Assembly: GCA_937901925.1 (NCBI GenBank)
Contig: CALGTS010000046.1
Span: 6,803 to 70,802, forward strand
DNA length: 64,000 nucleotides
Source: an uncultured Bacteroidales bacterium
Lineage (GTDB): Bacteria; Bacteroidota; Bacteroidia; Bacteroidales; WCHB1-69
Reading direction: 5' to 3'
Position 1 is the stretch's first letter. The number at the start of each line of letters is the position of its first letter. This document shows, in pieces, positions 19,364 to 28,043 of the stretch. A program made the translations under genes and the position numbers. The notes under the pieces are model-generated. The model saw nothing but the letters and a program-made list of their open reading frames with translations, searched no databases and had not been told where the DNA came from.

Positions 19364-20410
19364 TCAATGATTTTTAGATTCTTTTTGCAATTCAAGTTCC
19401 CATTTCCATGCAGATTCGACAATTTCACTAACACCCAAACGGCACTGCCAGTTCAACAAACGGCGGGCTTTTTCACTATTGCTATAGATAGCAGGAATAT
19501 CACCTGCTCTACGCTTACCGATACGATAGCGCAAGGAAACACCTGTATTTTTTTCAAAAGCTTGCAACATCTCAAAAACTGTAATTCCGTTTCCACTACC
19601 CAAGTTGAAGGTTTCACACAAAGGCTCGGCGTGATGTTGTGCAGCATAATCTAAAGCTAATACGTGCGCAGAGGCGATATCCGTAACATGTAAATAATCA
19701 CGTACACAAGAGCCATCGCGAGTATCGTAATCATCGCCAAACACGACCATCTCTTCAATCTTACCAATTGCATTTTGTGTGATTATTGGCAGAAGATTGT
19801 TCGGTTTATCTGGGGAAAGTTCACCATTCAGACCCGAAATATGGGCACCTACAGGATTAAAATACCTCAGCAGAATTGCCTTCAAATCAGAGTGTTGATT
19901 CACAAAAAAGCGAATCATATCTTCTCCTATCTGCTTGGTATGCGCATACGGACAAAAAGGAGCTCCCATCGGTGTTGTTTCATCTACGGGCAAATTTTTC
20001 ACATCTCCATAAATAGAACAAGATGATGAAAAAATAAGGTATGGAATCGAAAATCTTTCTGTTGCTTCCAAAACATTCTCCAAAGTTCCTAAATTGTTCC
20101 GATAATATTCCAAAGGTTTCTCTACCGACTCTGGCACCGACTTAAACGCTGCAAAATGGATAATTCCTTCAACCTTTTTTTCCTGTTCCAAAACGGAGAA
20201 AAAAGCCTCTTTATCACAAATATCCACTCTATAGTGTGGCACTTCTATTCCCGTTATTTTCTTTATTCGCTGAATGGTTTGGGGTGTAGAACGCACACAA
20301 CTATCTACAATAATTGGTTCATAATCACCACTTTCCAACAACTCAATCACAGTATGAGAACCTATATATCCAGTTCCGCCTGTCACCAAAATTTTTCTTT
20401 TTTTATTCAT
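19364..20410 (-). CDS. galE: UDP-glucose 4-epimerase
   Basis: ILVTGGTGYIGSH gives the Rossmann fold, and YAHTK gives the SDR YxxxK motif. Typical GalE length. The ATG at 20410 (MNKKRKILVTGG) is preferred over the GTG at 20431. Confidence 0.85.
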   Translation of the reverse strand: MNKKRKILVTGGTGYIGSHTVIELLESGDYEPIIVDSCVRSTPQTIQRIKKITGIEVPHYRVDICDKEAFFSVLEQEKKVEGIIHFAAFKSVPESVEKPLEYYRNNLGTLENVLEATERFSIPYLIFSSSCSIYGDVKNLPVDETTPMGAPFCPYAHTKQIGEDMIRFFVNQHSDLKAILLRYFNPVGAHISGLNGELSPDKPNNLLPIITQNAIGKIEEMVVFGDDYDTRDGSCVRDYLHVTDIASAHVLALDYAAQHHAEPLCETFNLGSGNGITVFEMLQAFEKNTGVSLRYRIGKRRAGDIPAIYSNSEKARRLLNWQCRLGVSEIVESAWKWELELQKESKNH

Positions 20411-20498
20411 ATCTTTTCCATAAGTTAACACCTCATCGAGGTTTTATTGAGTAGTTATATGGATATTTTCAGTCCCATTTCGGGTATTTAGTGGTTTG

Positions 20499-20506
20499 CA
20501 AAAATA
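20499..20506 (-). promoter_or_regulatory. -7 promoter box TATTTTTG upstream of galE
   Basis: The plus strand reads caaaaata, so the minus strand reads TATTTTTGCA. It lies about 90 nt upstream of the galE ATG. Confidence 0.4.
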
Positions 20507-20574
20507 CAAATTATATTTATATATTCACATCAATAATTTTACAAAATCGAATAATATTTAGATGTTTTTTATTT

Positions 20575-20760
20575 GGGTGTGCCGGCTTACCTGCGCACAA
20601 GTGCCACGCACGCCGTCGGGCTTTCCGCTCAAATTTCGCCGCTCAATTTCTAGTTTCAACTCATCTCAAAAATCCAACACTAAAAAAACAACTCTAAATT
20701 CTATGTTTTCGAATCGCGGCTCATAACCGCTTCAATCCCTCACACATTCCGCAATGCGAA
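20575..20760. other. GC-rich non-coding island between glgB stop and galE promoter
   Basis: Positions 20575..20644 hold 46 G+C in 70 nt by my hand count, within an otherwise AT-rich spacer. The minus strand contains ...GAGGGATTGAAGCGG...GAGCGGCGAAATTTGAGCGGAAAGCCCGACGG.... The only ORF (20491..20697) is arginine- and cysteine-rich and implausible. Confidence 0.3.
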
Positions 20761-20768
20761 ATGGTATT

Positions 20769-22751
20769 CTAAAATTCATCACTTCGTCGCAATACAATCA
20801 TTGTACGCGTAGGAAGATAAAGAGACAATCCTCCACCATTATTACTATAAGTGCACTGACTATGAATGCGAGAAAAACCACCAAACTTTTCAGAATCTGT
20901 ATTCAAAACAATTGTATATTTTCCTTTTTCACAATTCACATAGTAATCAGTGTAAGAATTCTGCGGAGAAAAGTTTGCCACAAACAGATAATTTCCTCGC
21001 GAATATGCCAACACTTGCATCTGGAAATTTTGTTCTAAAACTTGCGGTAAATAGTCCAAAATAGACTCTTCTAAAACCAAATTAATCATATCTTTATCAA
21101 ATAGATAAAGGTAACTATATACTAAATTTTCATCAGTAGCTAAGTTCCATTGTCTTCTTGCATAGCGATATGACCAATCGTTGCCTTTGCGGGGAAAATC
21201 TATCCATTCAGGATGTCCGAACTCATTTCCCATAAAGTTCATATACCCTCCTTGCGCTAACGAAAGCGTTAAAAGACGAATTATTTTGTGTAGAGCCACA
21301 GCTCTTTGTACGCCTATGGTTGCCAAATCTTTCCGCATTGCCGTATAGATTTCAGCTCCCACCATCCTCGAAAGAAAGGTTTGGTCACCAACCATAGCTT
21401 GATCGTGACTCTCTGCATACGCAATCACCTGCTCTTCAGGACGTTTATCTGTAAGACGAAAAAAAATATCACCTGGCGACCAATACTCATCAGCACACTC
21501 TTTCAACGTTTTCGTCCAGAAATCTGCCACGCCCATCGACATTCGGTAATCGAAACCCACCCCTTCTAACTGGCTTGAAAATGCTAAACCTGGTAGTCCG
21601 CTCACATCTTCTGCAATAGTAAAAGCCTGTGGATTAACTTGTTTCACCAATCTATTAGCTAGATAGAGATAAGAAATAGCATCTTCATCTACATTATCAT
21701 CAAAATATTGTGCATAATCCACAAAATCCACCCCGATTCCATGATTCACGTAACACATACTTGTAACGCCATCAAACCGAAAACCATCAAAATGAAAAAC
21801 TTCCAACCAATATTTAAGATTTGACAATAAAAAGAAAATAGTATCACGTTTTCCATAATCGAAACAGTGAGAATTCCACACTGGATGGATAGCGCGCTCA
21901 CCAGAATGGAAATAGAGATTTCCTACTCCATCAATCTTAGAAATTCCTTCTTTCTCATTACTAACTGAGTGAGAATGAACCACGTCCATAATTACAGAAA
22001 TTCCCAAATGATGAGCTTCATCAATCAATTCCATTAGCTCTTCTGGTGTTCCGAATCGGAAAGATGGTGCAAAAAAATTGGAAACTTGATAACCAAATGA
22101 CCCATAATATGGATGTTCGTGAATGGCCATCAGTTGAATTGTATTATAGCCCAATTTTTTAATTCGAGGCAGCACATTTTCTTTAAATTCCCAATAGGTA
22201 GAGATTTTTTCTTCCTGCGCTGACATTCCGATATGTGCCTCATAAATTATAGGATGGTTAGGACGATTAGGAGAACTATAATGCCATTGATAAGGTTTTG
22301 GTGGATCCCAAACTTGTGCAGAAAATATTTTGGTATTCTCATCTTGTACTACGCGTTGCACGTATGCAGGCAATCGTTCATCAGCACCTCCTTGCCATAC
22401 AATCCAAAGTTTATATAGGTCACCATGTTTTAGGTAATTGAGGGGGATCTCTATTTCCCAATCACCATTTTCATTTTTATGCAATTCAAAATTGGATTTC
22501 ACCTCCCAGTAGGTAAAATCACCATAAACAAAAACCTGCACAGCGTTAGGAGCTTTTTCTCGCAACACCCAGCAGGTATCTGTTTTATGCAATCCATAGT
22601 ATAGATAACCATTCGCCACCTCTTTCAGTTCACGTTTTCCCTCTGTGAACTCAAGTTCGCGCAAGCGAGCCTTTTGATAACGTTTTAATAACCTTTGTGA
22701 ATAAGGTTTCAGATAAGGATCTTTTTCGACGAGTGGTGATTTCGTAATCAT
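20769..22751 (-). CDS. glgB: 1,4-alpha-glucan branching enzyme (GH13, eukaryote-like subfamily)
   Basis: 660 aa with the GH13 catalytic regions DVVHSH, FDGFRFDGVTSM, AEDVSG and YAESHD. Confidence 0.85.
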   Translation of the reverse strand: MITKSPLVEKDPYLKPYSQRLLKRYQKARLRELEFTEGKRELKEVANGYLYYGLHKTDTCWVLREKAPNAVQVFVYGDFTYWEVKSNFELHKNENGDWEIEIPLNYLKHGDLYKLWIVWQGGADERLPAYVQRVVQDENTKIFSAQVWDPPKPYQWHYSSPNRPNHPIIYEAHIGMSAQEEKISTYWEFKENVLPRIKKLGYNTIQLMAIHEHPYYGSFGYQVSNFFAPSFRFGTPEELMELIDEAHHLGISVIMDVVHSHSVSNEKEGISKIDGVGNLYFHSGERAIHPVWNSHCFDYGKRDTIFFLLSNLKYWLEVFHFDGFRFDGVTSMCYVNHGIGVDFVDYAQYFDDNVDEDAISYLYLANRLVKQVNPQAFTIAEDVSGLPGLAFSSQLEGVGFDYRMSMGVADFWTKTLKECADEYWSPGDIFFRLTDKRPEEQVIAYAESHDQAMVGDQTFLSRMVGAEIYTAMRKDLATIGVQRAVALHKIIRLLTLSLAQGGYMNFMGNEFGHPEWIDFPRKGNDWSYRYARRQWNLATDENLVYSYLYLFDKDMINLVLEESILDYLPQVLEQNFQMQVLAYSRGNYLFVANFSPQNSYTDYYVNCEKGKYTIVLNTDSEKFGGFSRIHSQCTYSNNGGGLSLYLPTRTMIVLRRSDEF

Positions 22752-22760
22752 AAAAATAAA

Positions 22761-23090
22761 CGGCGGCTTATAAGCCGGATTCTGTCAAGTTCTGTCATTT
22801 ATCTACTCTTGTGGTCACCCACAAGTTCTATCGACCTACCCTCCGAGTTAGACGAGCAGCCCTCAAGCCTCGGTTTATTTGGTCTTTCAACCCATAAGGT
22901 TTTCCCCCGTTGGTATCACTAACAACGGCGTGAGCTCTTACCTCGCGTTTTCACCCTTACTTCCGAAGAAGCGGTATCTTTTCTGTGGCACTATCTGTCA
23001 TTCTACGAATGCCTTCCTGTTAGGAAGTATGGTGCTCTGTGTTGTCCGGACTTTCCTCTCCCTTTGCAGGCAGCGACAGAATGGCCGCCG
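22761..23090 (-). ncRNA. rnpB: RNase P RNA, bacterial type A
   Basis: The minus strand begins CGGCGGCCAUUCUGUCGCUGCCUGCAAAGGGAGAGGAAAGUCCGGACAAC, continues ...GUAAGGGUGAAAACGCGAGGUAAGAGCUCACGCC, and ends ...AGAUAAAUGACAGAACUUGACAGAAUCCGGCUUAUAAGCCGCCG. It contains the universally conserved GAGGAAAGUCCGG and ACAGAAxCCGGCUUA blocks, with P1 pairing CGGCGGC/GCCGCCG. Confidence 0.95.
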
Positions 23091-23097
23091 TTGATTT

Positions 23098-24231
23098 TTA
23101 GTAACTAAGCATTACAGGCATAATCAACATCAGCAGATCTTCCTGTTCGCTATATTGTGTTGTTGGTAGTATTAAAGCAGCACGATTCGGTTCTGACATC
23201 TCTATACTAATTTCATCACAATCCATATTTTCAATCATCTCACGTAAAAACTTAGAGTTGAACCCTATCTGCATATTTGTACCTGTATAAACTCCACTAA
23301 TATCTTCATCGGCTTTACTTGAATAATCCATATCTTCTGCGGTTACGTTAATCTTTTCATCTGACAAAGATAAGCGCACTTGGTAAGTAGATTGGTTAGA
23401 ATACAAGCATACACGACTTATTGTTTTGTGGAAATCTTTTCTTGACACCACTAATTTATTTGGACTTTCTACAGGAATTACATTTTGGTATGGAGGGAAA
23501 TTACCCTCTTTCAAAGATGAAAATAGAACTATATTAGCAAATTCAAAGCGTACATGGTTTGAGTCTGTAGAGTATTCAACCTGAATTTTTTCTTCCAAAC
23601 CTGTCAATACATTTTTCAACTGAATCAAAGGCTTTTTAGAAAGGATAAAGGAGGTTGGTTCATCACATTTTACAGAAGTATGCGTATATCTCACCAATTT
23701 ATGAGCATCTGTTGCCACAAAAGTGATATCATTTTCTGACAAAGCGCAGAAAACCCCCATCATATTAGGACGTAACTCATCATTTCCCGTTGCAAATAAC
23801 GTTTTACTAATAGCACGTTGCAACACGGGTGCATCGATTTCGAAACGACGAGGATCTTCAATCTTCTTCAATTCTGGAAAATCTTTACCAGACTTACAAC
23901 TTGAATCATACTCTCCATTTACAGCAGAGAATTTCAATCTTTCATTTTCCTCATCAATATCAAAAACGATAGGAGTTTCTGGAATTAATTTCAGAGTTTC
24001 GATAAGTGTTTTAGATGGAATAGCTACAGAACCCTCACCCTCTACATTTGACAACTGTAATACTGCCGACATTGTGGTTTCCAAATCGGAGGCTGTTAAT
24101 GTAAGTGTGTTATTTTCAACTGTAAATAAAAAATTCTCCAAAATAGGCATTGTAGAATTGCTACTAGCAAGAACACCATTAATAGCGGTCAAATTCTTAT
24201 AAAGGGCATCACGGGAAACAATAAATTTCAT
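23098..24231 (-). CDS. dnaN: DNA polymerase III subunit beta (sliding clamp)
   Basis: 377 aa from the ATG at 24231 (MKFIVSRDALYKNLTAINGV...). It has the three-domain clamp pattern, with LTLTASDLETT...ATDAHKLV...MPVML at the C-terminus. Confidence 0.85.
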   Translation of the reverse strand: MKFIVSRDALYKNLTAINGVLASSNSTMPILENFLFTVENNTLTLTASDLETTMSAVLQLSNVEGEGSVAIPSKTLIETLKLIPETPIVFDIDEENERLKFSAVNGEYDSSCKSGKDFPELKKIEDPRRFEIDAPVLQRAISKTLFATGNDELRPNMMGVFCALSENDITFVATDAHKLVRYTHTSVKCDEPTSFILSKKPLIQLKNVLTGLEEKIQVEYSTDSNHVRFEFANIVLFSSLKEGNFPPYQNVIPVESPNKLVVSRKDFHKTISRVCLYSNQSTYQVRLSLSDEKINVTAEDMDYSSKADEDISGVYTGTNMQIGFNSKFLREMIENMDCDEISIEMSEPNRAALILPTTQYSEQEDLLMLIMPVMLSY

Positions 24232-24257
24232 AAATATCAATCTTTAAAATTAGGCTG

Positions 24258-24265
24258 CAAACTTA
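24258..24265 (-). promoter_or_regulatory. -7 promoter box TAAGTTTG for dnaN
   Basis: The plus strand reads caaactta. It lies 27 nt upstream of the ATG at 24231. Confidence 0.5.
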
Positions 24266-24317
24266 CAAAAAAAAATTGAAATATTCGCAACGTAGATAAT
24301 TTAAGTAAAAAAAATTA

Positions 24318-24325
24318 TATCTTTG
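24318..24325 (+). promoter_or_regulatory. -7 promoter box TATCTTTG for rocD
   Basis: TATCTTTGCA lies about 50 nt upstream of the ATG at 24375. Confidence 0.5.
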
Positions 24326-24374
24326 CAGGCGTTAATTTTGAAACATAATTAAATAACCCATAAAATTTTTAACT

Positions 24375-25601
24375 ATGATCGAAAAAATCACCTCTAGCGC
24401 ACAAGCTATTGAAATGGAAGCTAAATATGGCGCACACAACTACCATCCACTCGACGCAGTTTTGGCCAAAGGCGAAGGCGTTTTTATGTGGGATGTTGAA
24501 GGCAAAAAATATTATGACTTTCTTTCTGCCTACTCTGCAGTTAACCAAGGTCACTGCCATCCTAAAATTGTAAAAGCAATGTGCGACCAAGCTAATACCT
24601 TAACTCTTACTTCAAGAGCATTTTACAATGACTGCTTAGGTCCATACGAAAAATATATTACAGAATATTTTGGATACGATAAAGTTCTTCCTATGAACTC
24701 TGGAGCAGAGGCTGATGAAACAGCTTTAAAACTTTGTCGCAGATGGGGTTATGAAGTGAAAGGTATTCCAGAAAACCAAGCAAAAATCATTTGCTGCGAT
24801 GGAAACTTCCACGGAAGAACTATCACCATTATCTCTATGTCCAACGACCCAGATTCTTTTGGCGGTTTTGGACCTTTCACTCCTGGATTTATTCGCGTTC
24901 CTTACAATGATGTTGACGCATTAGCCAAAGCATTAGAAGAAGAAAACGTAGCAGGATTCCTTCTTGAGCCTATCCAAGGTGAAGCAGGTGTTTATGTTCC
25001 TGAAGATGGTTACTTGAAAAAAGCTTACGATCTTTGTAAAGCAAAAAATGTACTTTTCATTGCTGACGAAGTACAAACAGGTATTGCGCGTACTGGTAAA
25101 TTATTAGCTTGTGACCACGAAGGAGTTCGTCCAGACATTCTTATTTTAGGTAAAGCTCTTTCTGGTGGTACAATGCCAGTTTCTGCAGTTTTAGCAGACG
25201 ATGAAATTATGTTAACCATCAAACCAGGTGAACATGGTTCTACTTTCGGTGGAAACCCAGTTGCTTGTAAAGTTGCCATGGCAGCTCTTGAAGTTGTAAA
25301 AGAGGAAAAATTGGCTGAACGCGCTGAGTACCTCGGACAAATCTTCAGAGATGAGATGAGATCTATCCAAAGCGAAATGGTTCAACAAGTGAGAGGTAAG
25401 GGTTTATTGAACGCTGTTATCATTAAACCTAAGAATGGAAAAGAAGCTTGGGATGTTTGCGTGAAGATGAAAGAGTTGGGCGTTTTGGCAAAACCAACCC
25501 ACCAACACATCATCCGTTTTGCTCCTCCATTGGTTATCACAGAAGAACAACTTCGAGATGCAATCTCTCGCATCAAAGAAGCTATTCTTTCTTTCAACTA
25601 A
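24375..25601 (+). CDS. rocD: Ornithine--oxo-acid aminotransferase
   Basis: 408 aa with [63 protein letters not shown] and ILGKALSGG (PLP lysine). This is the class III aminotransferase OAT pattern. Confidence 0.85.
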   Translation: MIEKITSSAQAIEMEAKYGAHNYHPLDAVLAKGEGVFMWDVEGKKYYDFLSAYSAVNQGHCHPKIVKAMCDQANTLTLTSRAFYNDCLGPYEKYITEYFGYDKVLPMNSGAEADETALKLCRRWGYEVKGIPENQAKIICCDGNFHGRTITIISMSNDPDSFGGFGPFTPGFIRVPYNDVDALAKALEEENVAGFLLEPIQGEAGVYVPEDGYLKKAYDLCKAKNVLFIADEVQTGIARTGKLLACDHEGVRPDILILGKALSGGTMPVSAVLADDEIMLTIKPGEHGSTFGGNPVACKVAMAALEVVKEEKLAERAEYLGQIFRDEMRSIQSEMVQQVRGKGLLNAVIIKPKNGKEAWDVCVKMKELGVLAKPTHQHIIRFAPPLVITEEQLRDAISRIKEAILSFN

Positions 25602-25613
25602 TAGCAAAAATTT

Positions 25614-25643
25614 AAAAAGAGGCGTGAACGCCTCTTTTTTTTT
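25614..25643. terminator. Bidirectional rho-independent terminator between convergent rocD and the 575-aa gene
   Basis: AAAAAGAGGCG-TGAA-CGCCTCTTTTTTTTT, a 7-bp GC-rich stem flanked by an A-run and a T-run. The T-run overlaps the stop codon of the minus-strand gene. Confidence 0.8.
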
Positions 25644-27369
25644 ATCCTCTAAATAGAATTTTTCTTCGGAAATTGTGGGTGGAATATGACATTATATCTT
25701 TTTCTCTAATCACCTCTTTATCTGAATCTGGAAATTCAGCAATAGAAACATGTGATTGTCTTGAGACAGGATTATACTCGTACCAGTGTACATCAATTGT
25801 ATGCCATCTTCCATCGCCTCCGTGCACTCTAACATAATCGACACGCGGAGTTTCGGAGAAACCGTACGCTGTAACTTGTAGGTCGTGCTGTGAATTATCA
25901 ATCGTACGCAGAAGTTTTGTTTTTAGAATATTTGACGTAGCACAACTAGGATGTGCGAATTTTTCTTCCCCTTGGTGATTCACCAAAGATTCCCACTCCC
26001 AAAAAGTTGATTTATTTAACAAATCCACTCCGTAAATATTTTTTCGAGTTCTAATTTGTTGATAAAGAGGAATTGACAACAATGGTGCGAAAGCAAAATA
26101 CACCGCGCGAAAATACTCTTCATTGATTTTCATAAATCGCTCCTTTACCAATTCAAAATTATAATCTTGAAAACGTGCAGGATTAGTATCTATATTAAAA
26201 TCATAGAGATGTGTCGGATAGACTACATTGATTTTTTTTCTTTTCTGTACTTCAAAATCATCACCATATCCTACTTCCGTATCTTTCATCAGAGCGATAA
26301 TCTGCTGCTGGGCTATCGGTGTAAACAGCAAACGGTACTCCACTTCATTATCGCGGTCCTTCGTTGAGAATAACACCTCAAACTCTTGATTTGTCATCAT
26401 TGTATAGGAGTAATTATCCGTTAGGTTGCGGGAGAATTTTTCAAGTTCACGACGTTTCCTTCTTTTTCGTGAATTTATCATAAATCCTTCATTTGCCAAT
26501 CCTTCTGGTTTTCGGGAGAAAGAGAGGGATGGAGCTGCATCATTTGCATACAACAAGAATGTATTATTTCCATAATATGGATAAGGTTTCTCAACAGAAG
26601 CGTGCAAAGTTTCACTTTTAGTCACGGAATGCATCTTTCCATCAGAGCCACGTTCCATCACCGTCCAATAGATTGTTTTAGACCCCGTATAAACTTTAGT
26701 TCCCATACTAAAATTTCTTGTAGTTGCAATTACAAAGGGATTACCTTTAATCTCACCACTATGAGCAAATAGTACAGATGAATCCACGTTAAGAAAGTCA
26801 TCATAACCGAACTCCTCATGCAACTGCTTAAGACGAGCAGCATTAAAATAGGAATCGAATTTGATATTGGGCACTGTTTTCTCTATCAATTTTGTAGGAA
26901 TATCCCAACTAAAAAGCGTATTAACGGACTCCATCTGCTTCCAAGCTAAATCCAAGACATTCTTATGTTTCTGTTTAAACTCTACAAGTTCAGAATGAAG
27001 TAGCCTTTTTCTTTTTCTCAACGTTGTGAAAACACAAATTAAAAGAAATATTCCTATAACTACCGATATAACAATATAATAGGTGTAAAAAGCAGGATGA
27101 AAAATCGATTCATAATAGAGGAATGAGAGCAGGAGCGGAATTGAAGCAACGACAAGAATCACTCTGAATAAAAGTAACCAAGAGAGTCGCTTATTATGTT
27201 TTTTAATTTTATCTAAGAGCGAATCTGCTGTTGCGCATAACTTTTGGTTTTCTTGTTTATTAATAGTTGCCTTTGCTTCAATTTCAGCGAAAGCTTCTTC
27301 TGCATTTTTTCTAAAAGCAGCCTTTAGTTCATTTTTATAGCGCTCTAAAGGTTCATAGATATCATCCAT
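25642..27369 (-). CDS. Hypothetical two-TM membrane protein linked to LemA (possibly DUF3137-like)
   Basis: 575 aa with an N-terminal coiled-coil segment and two adjacent TM helices (WLLLFRVILVVASIPLLLSFLY / YTYYIVISVVIGIFLLICVFTTL). A large soluble domain of about 450 aa follows, with a basic patch SRKRRKRRELEKF. The gene starts 9 nt downstream of the lemA stop. Confidence 0.5.
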   Translation of the reverse strand: MDDIYEPLERYKNELKAAFRKNAEEAFAEIEAKATINKQENQKLCATADSLLDKIKKHNKRLSWLLLFRVILVVASIPLLLSFLYYESIFHPAFYTYYIVISVVIGIFLLICVFTTLRKRKRLLHSELVEFKQKHKNVLDLAWKQMESVNTLFSWDIPTKLIEKTVPNIKFDSYFNAARLKQLHEEFGYDDFLNVDSSVLFAHSGEIKGNPFVIATTRNFSMGTKVYTGSKTIYWTVMERGSDGKMHSVTKSETLHASVEKPYPYYGNNTFLLYANDAAPSLSFSRKPEGLANEGFMINSRKRRKRRELEKFSRNLTDNYSYTMMTNQEFEVLFSTKDRDNEVEYRLLFTPIAQQQIIALMKDTEVGYGDDFEVQKRKKINVVYPTHLYDFNIDTNPARFQDYNFELVKERFMKINEEYFRAVYFAFAPLLSIPLYQQIRTRKNIYGVDLLNKSTFWEWESLVNHQGEEKFAHPSCATSNILKTKLLRTIDNSQHDLQVTAYGFSETPRVDYVRVHGGDGRWHTIDVHWYEYNPVSRQSHVSIAEFPDSDKEVIREKDIMSYSTHNFRRKILFRG

Positions 27370-27377
27370 AAGCCATA

Positions 27378-28043
27378 CTATTTGAAGAAAACTTCGCGGG
27401 CACGCTGTTTTACATCAGAAGAAACAGAGAATGGAATACGAGTTGTATAGCCCGCGCGAGCAGCCACAATCATTTTTGTTGGCCAGTCAAAAATATCACG
27501 ATTCCACTGGTTTACCGTATCATTATACAATGATCGAGCTGCAGTAATCTCCTTTTGCAAGTATGAATTCTGTTGCATAGCATCAGCAATAGCCGCATGA
27601 GCCTTCAGTTCTGGATAAGCTTCAACTTGCGGGAATAAGCGTGCAAAACTCATATCGATATCGCGTGCTACCTCATTGCGTGATTTATTTGGATTTACTC
27701 CACCTCTATAGGCTGCGACCGTTTTCATAACATCTTTATCTAAATCAATAGCTTTTTCCAACAATGGCACCACATTTTGCAGAATCTGCACTCTTTGTTC
27801 TAAATAATTGTCAATAGTAGAAGCATCCGCTTGGATTTTCTGTTCCAATTGTTGAAAATAATTCTTAGCTTTCACCTTCATAAACAAAAAGATGATACCA
27901 GGAAGGATTCCGCAAATCCAAAGAAAAATTTCAAAAATTAAAGAGCCCACTCCGATTTTTACAGGAAGCTGTTTTTCAATAACATTTACATCACGACCTT
28001 CTTGATTTACATTTCCAGTCAATTCATCTAACTCATTAGCCAT
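27378..28043 (-). CDS. lemA: LemA family protein
   Basis: 221 aa from the ATG at 28043 (MANELDEL...). It has a TM segment (VGSLIFEIFLWICGILPGIIFLFM) and a LemA-type C-terminal region (FARLFPQVEAYPELKAHAAIADAMQQNSYLQKEITAARSLYNDTVNQWNRDIF). The 43-codon upstream extension in the ORF track (MKGCYFFLFLWQCKSICRGRGY...) looks non-coding. Confidence 0.7.
   Translation of the reverse strand: MANELDELTGNVNQEGRDVNVIEKQLPVKIGVGSLIFEIFLWICGILPGIIFLFMKVKAKNYFQQLEQKIQADASTIDNYLEQRVQILQNVVPLLEKAIDLDKDVMKTVAAYRGGVNPNKSRNEVARDIDMSFARLFPQVEAYPELKAHAAIADAMQQNSYLQKEITAARSLYNDTVNQWNRDIFDWPTKMIVAARAGYTTRIPFSVSSDVKQRAREVFFK

Noticed and set aside
20491-20697. 68-aa ORF covering the GC-rich island
   Set aside because: It is Arg/Cys/Ala-rich with no start context or promoter box, and it lies on the strand opposite to all neighbouring genes. 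The island is treated as non-coding.
20716-20730. tRNA anticodon-arm-like hairpin on the minus strand (GCGG-UUAUGAG-CCGC), followed by GAUUCGAAA resembling a T-loop
   Set aside because: No acceptor, D or T stems can be built around it. At most it is a decayed tRNA fragment, and more likely chance similarity.
14927-22751. Glycan-active gene string as a polysaccharide utilisation locus (PUL)
   Set aside because: There is no SusC/SusD pair, sensor-regulator or secreted enzymes. All the enzymes lack signal peptides and fit intracellular glycogen metabolism.
22879-23094. 71-aa ORF on the plus strand
   Set aside because: It lies entirely inside, and antisense to, the RNase P RNA gene. Its GC-rich open frame is a by-product of the structured RNA.
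23723-24202. 159-aa antisense ORF inside dnaN. Similar long antisense ORFs occur at 36603..37100, 30309..30743, 50269..50688, 61551..62015 and 61690..62019.
   Set aside because: Each is fully embedded opposite a strongly conserved housekeeping gene. Their sequences are low-complexity or Ser/Ile/Phe-rich with no motifs. This is typical of shadow ORFs in AT-rich genomes.
24241-24374. Possible replication origin in the divergent dnaN/rocD spacer
   Set aside because: The spacer is only 134 bp. It has no TTATCCACA-like DnaA boxes or AT-rich 13-mer repeats, and dnaA is not adjacent. Two ordinary -7 promoter boxes explain it.
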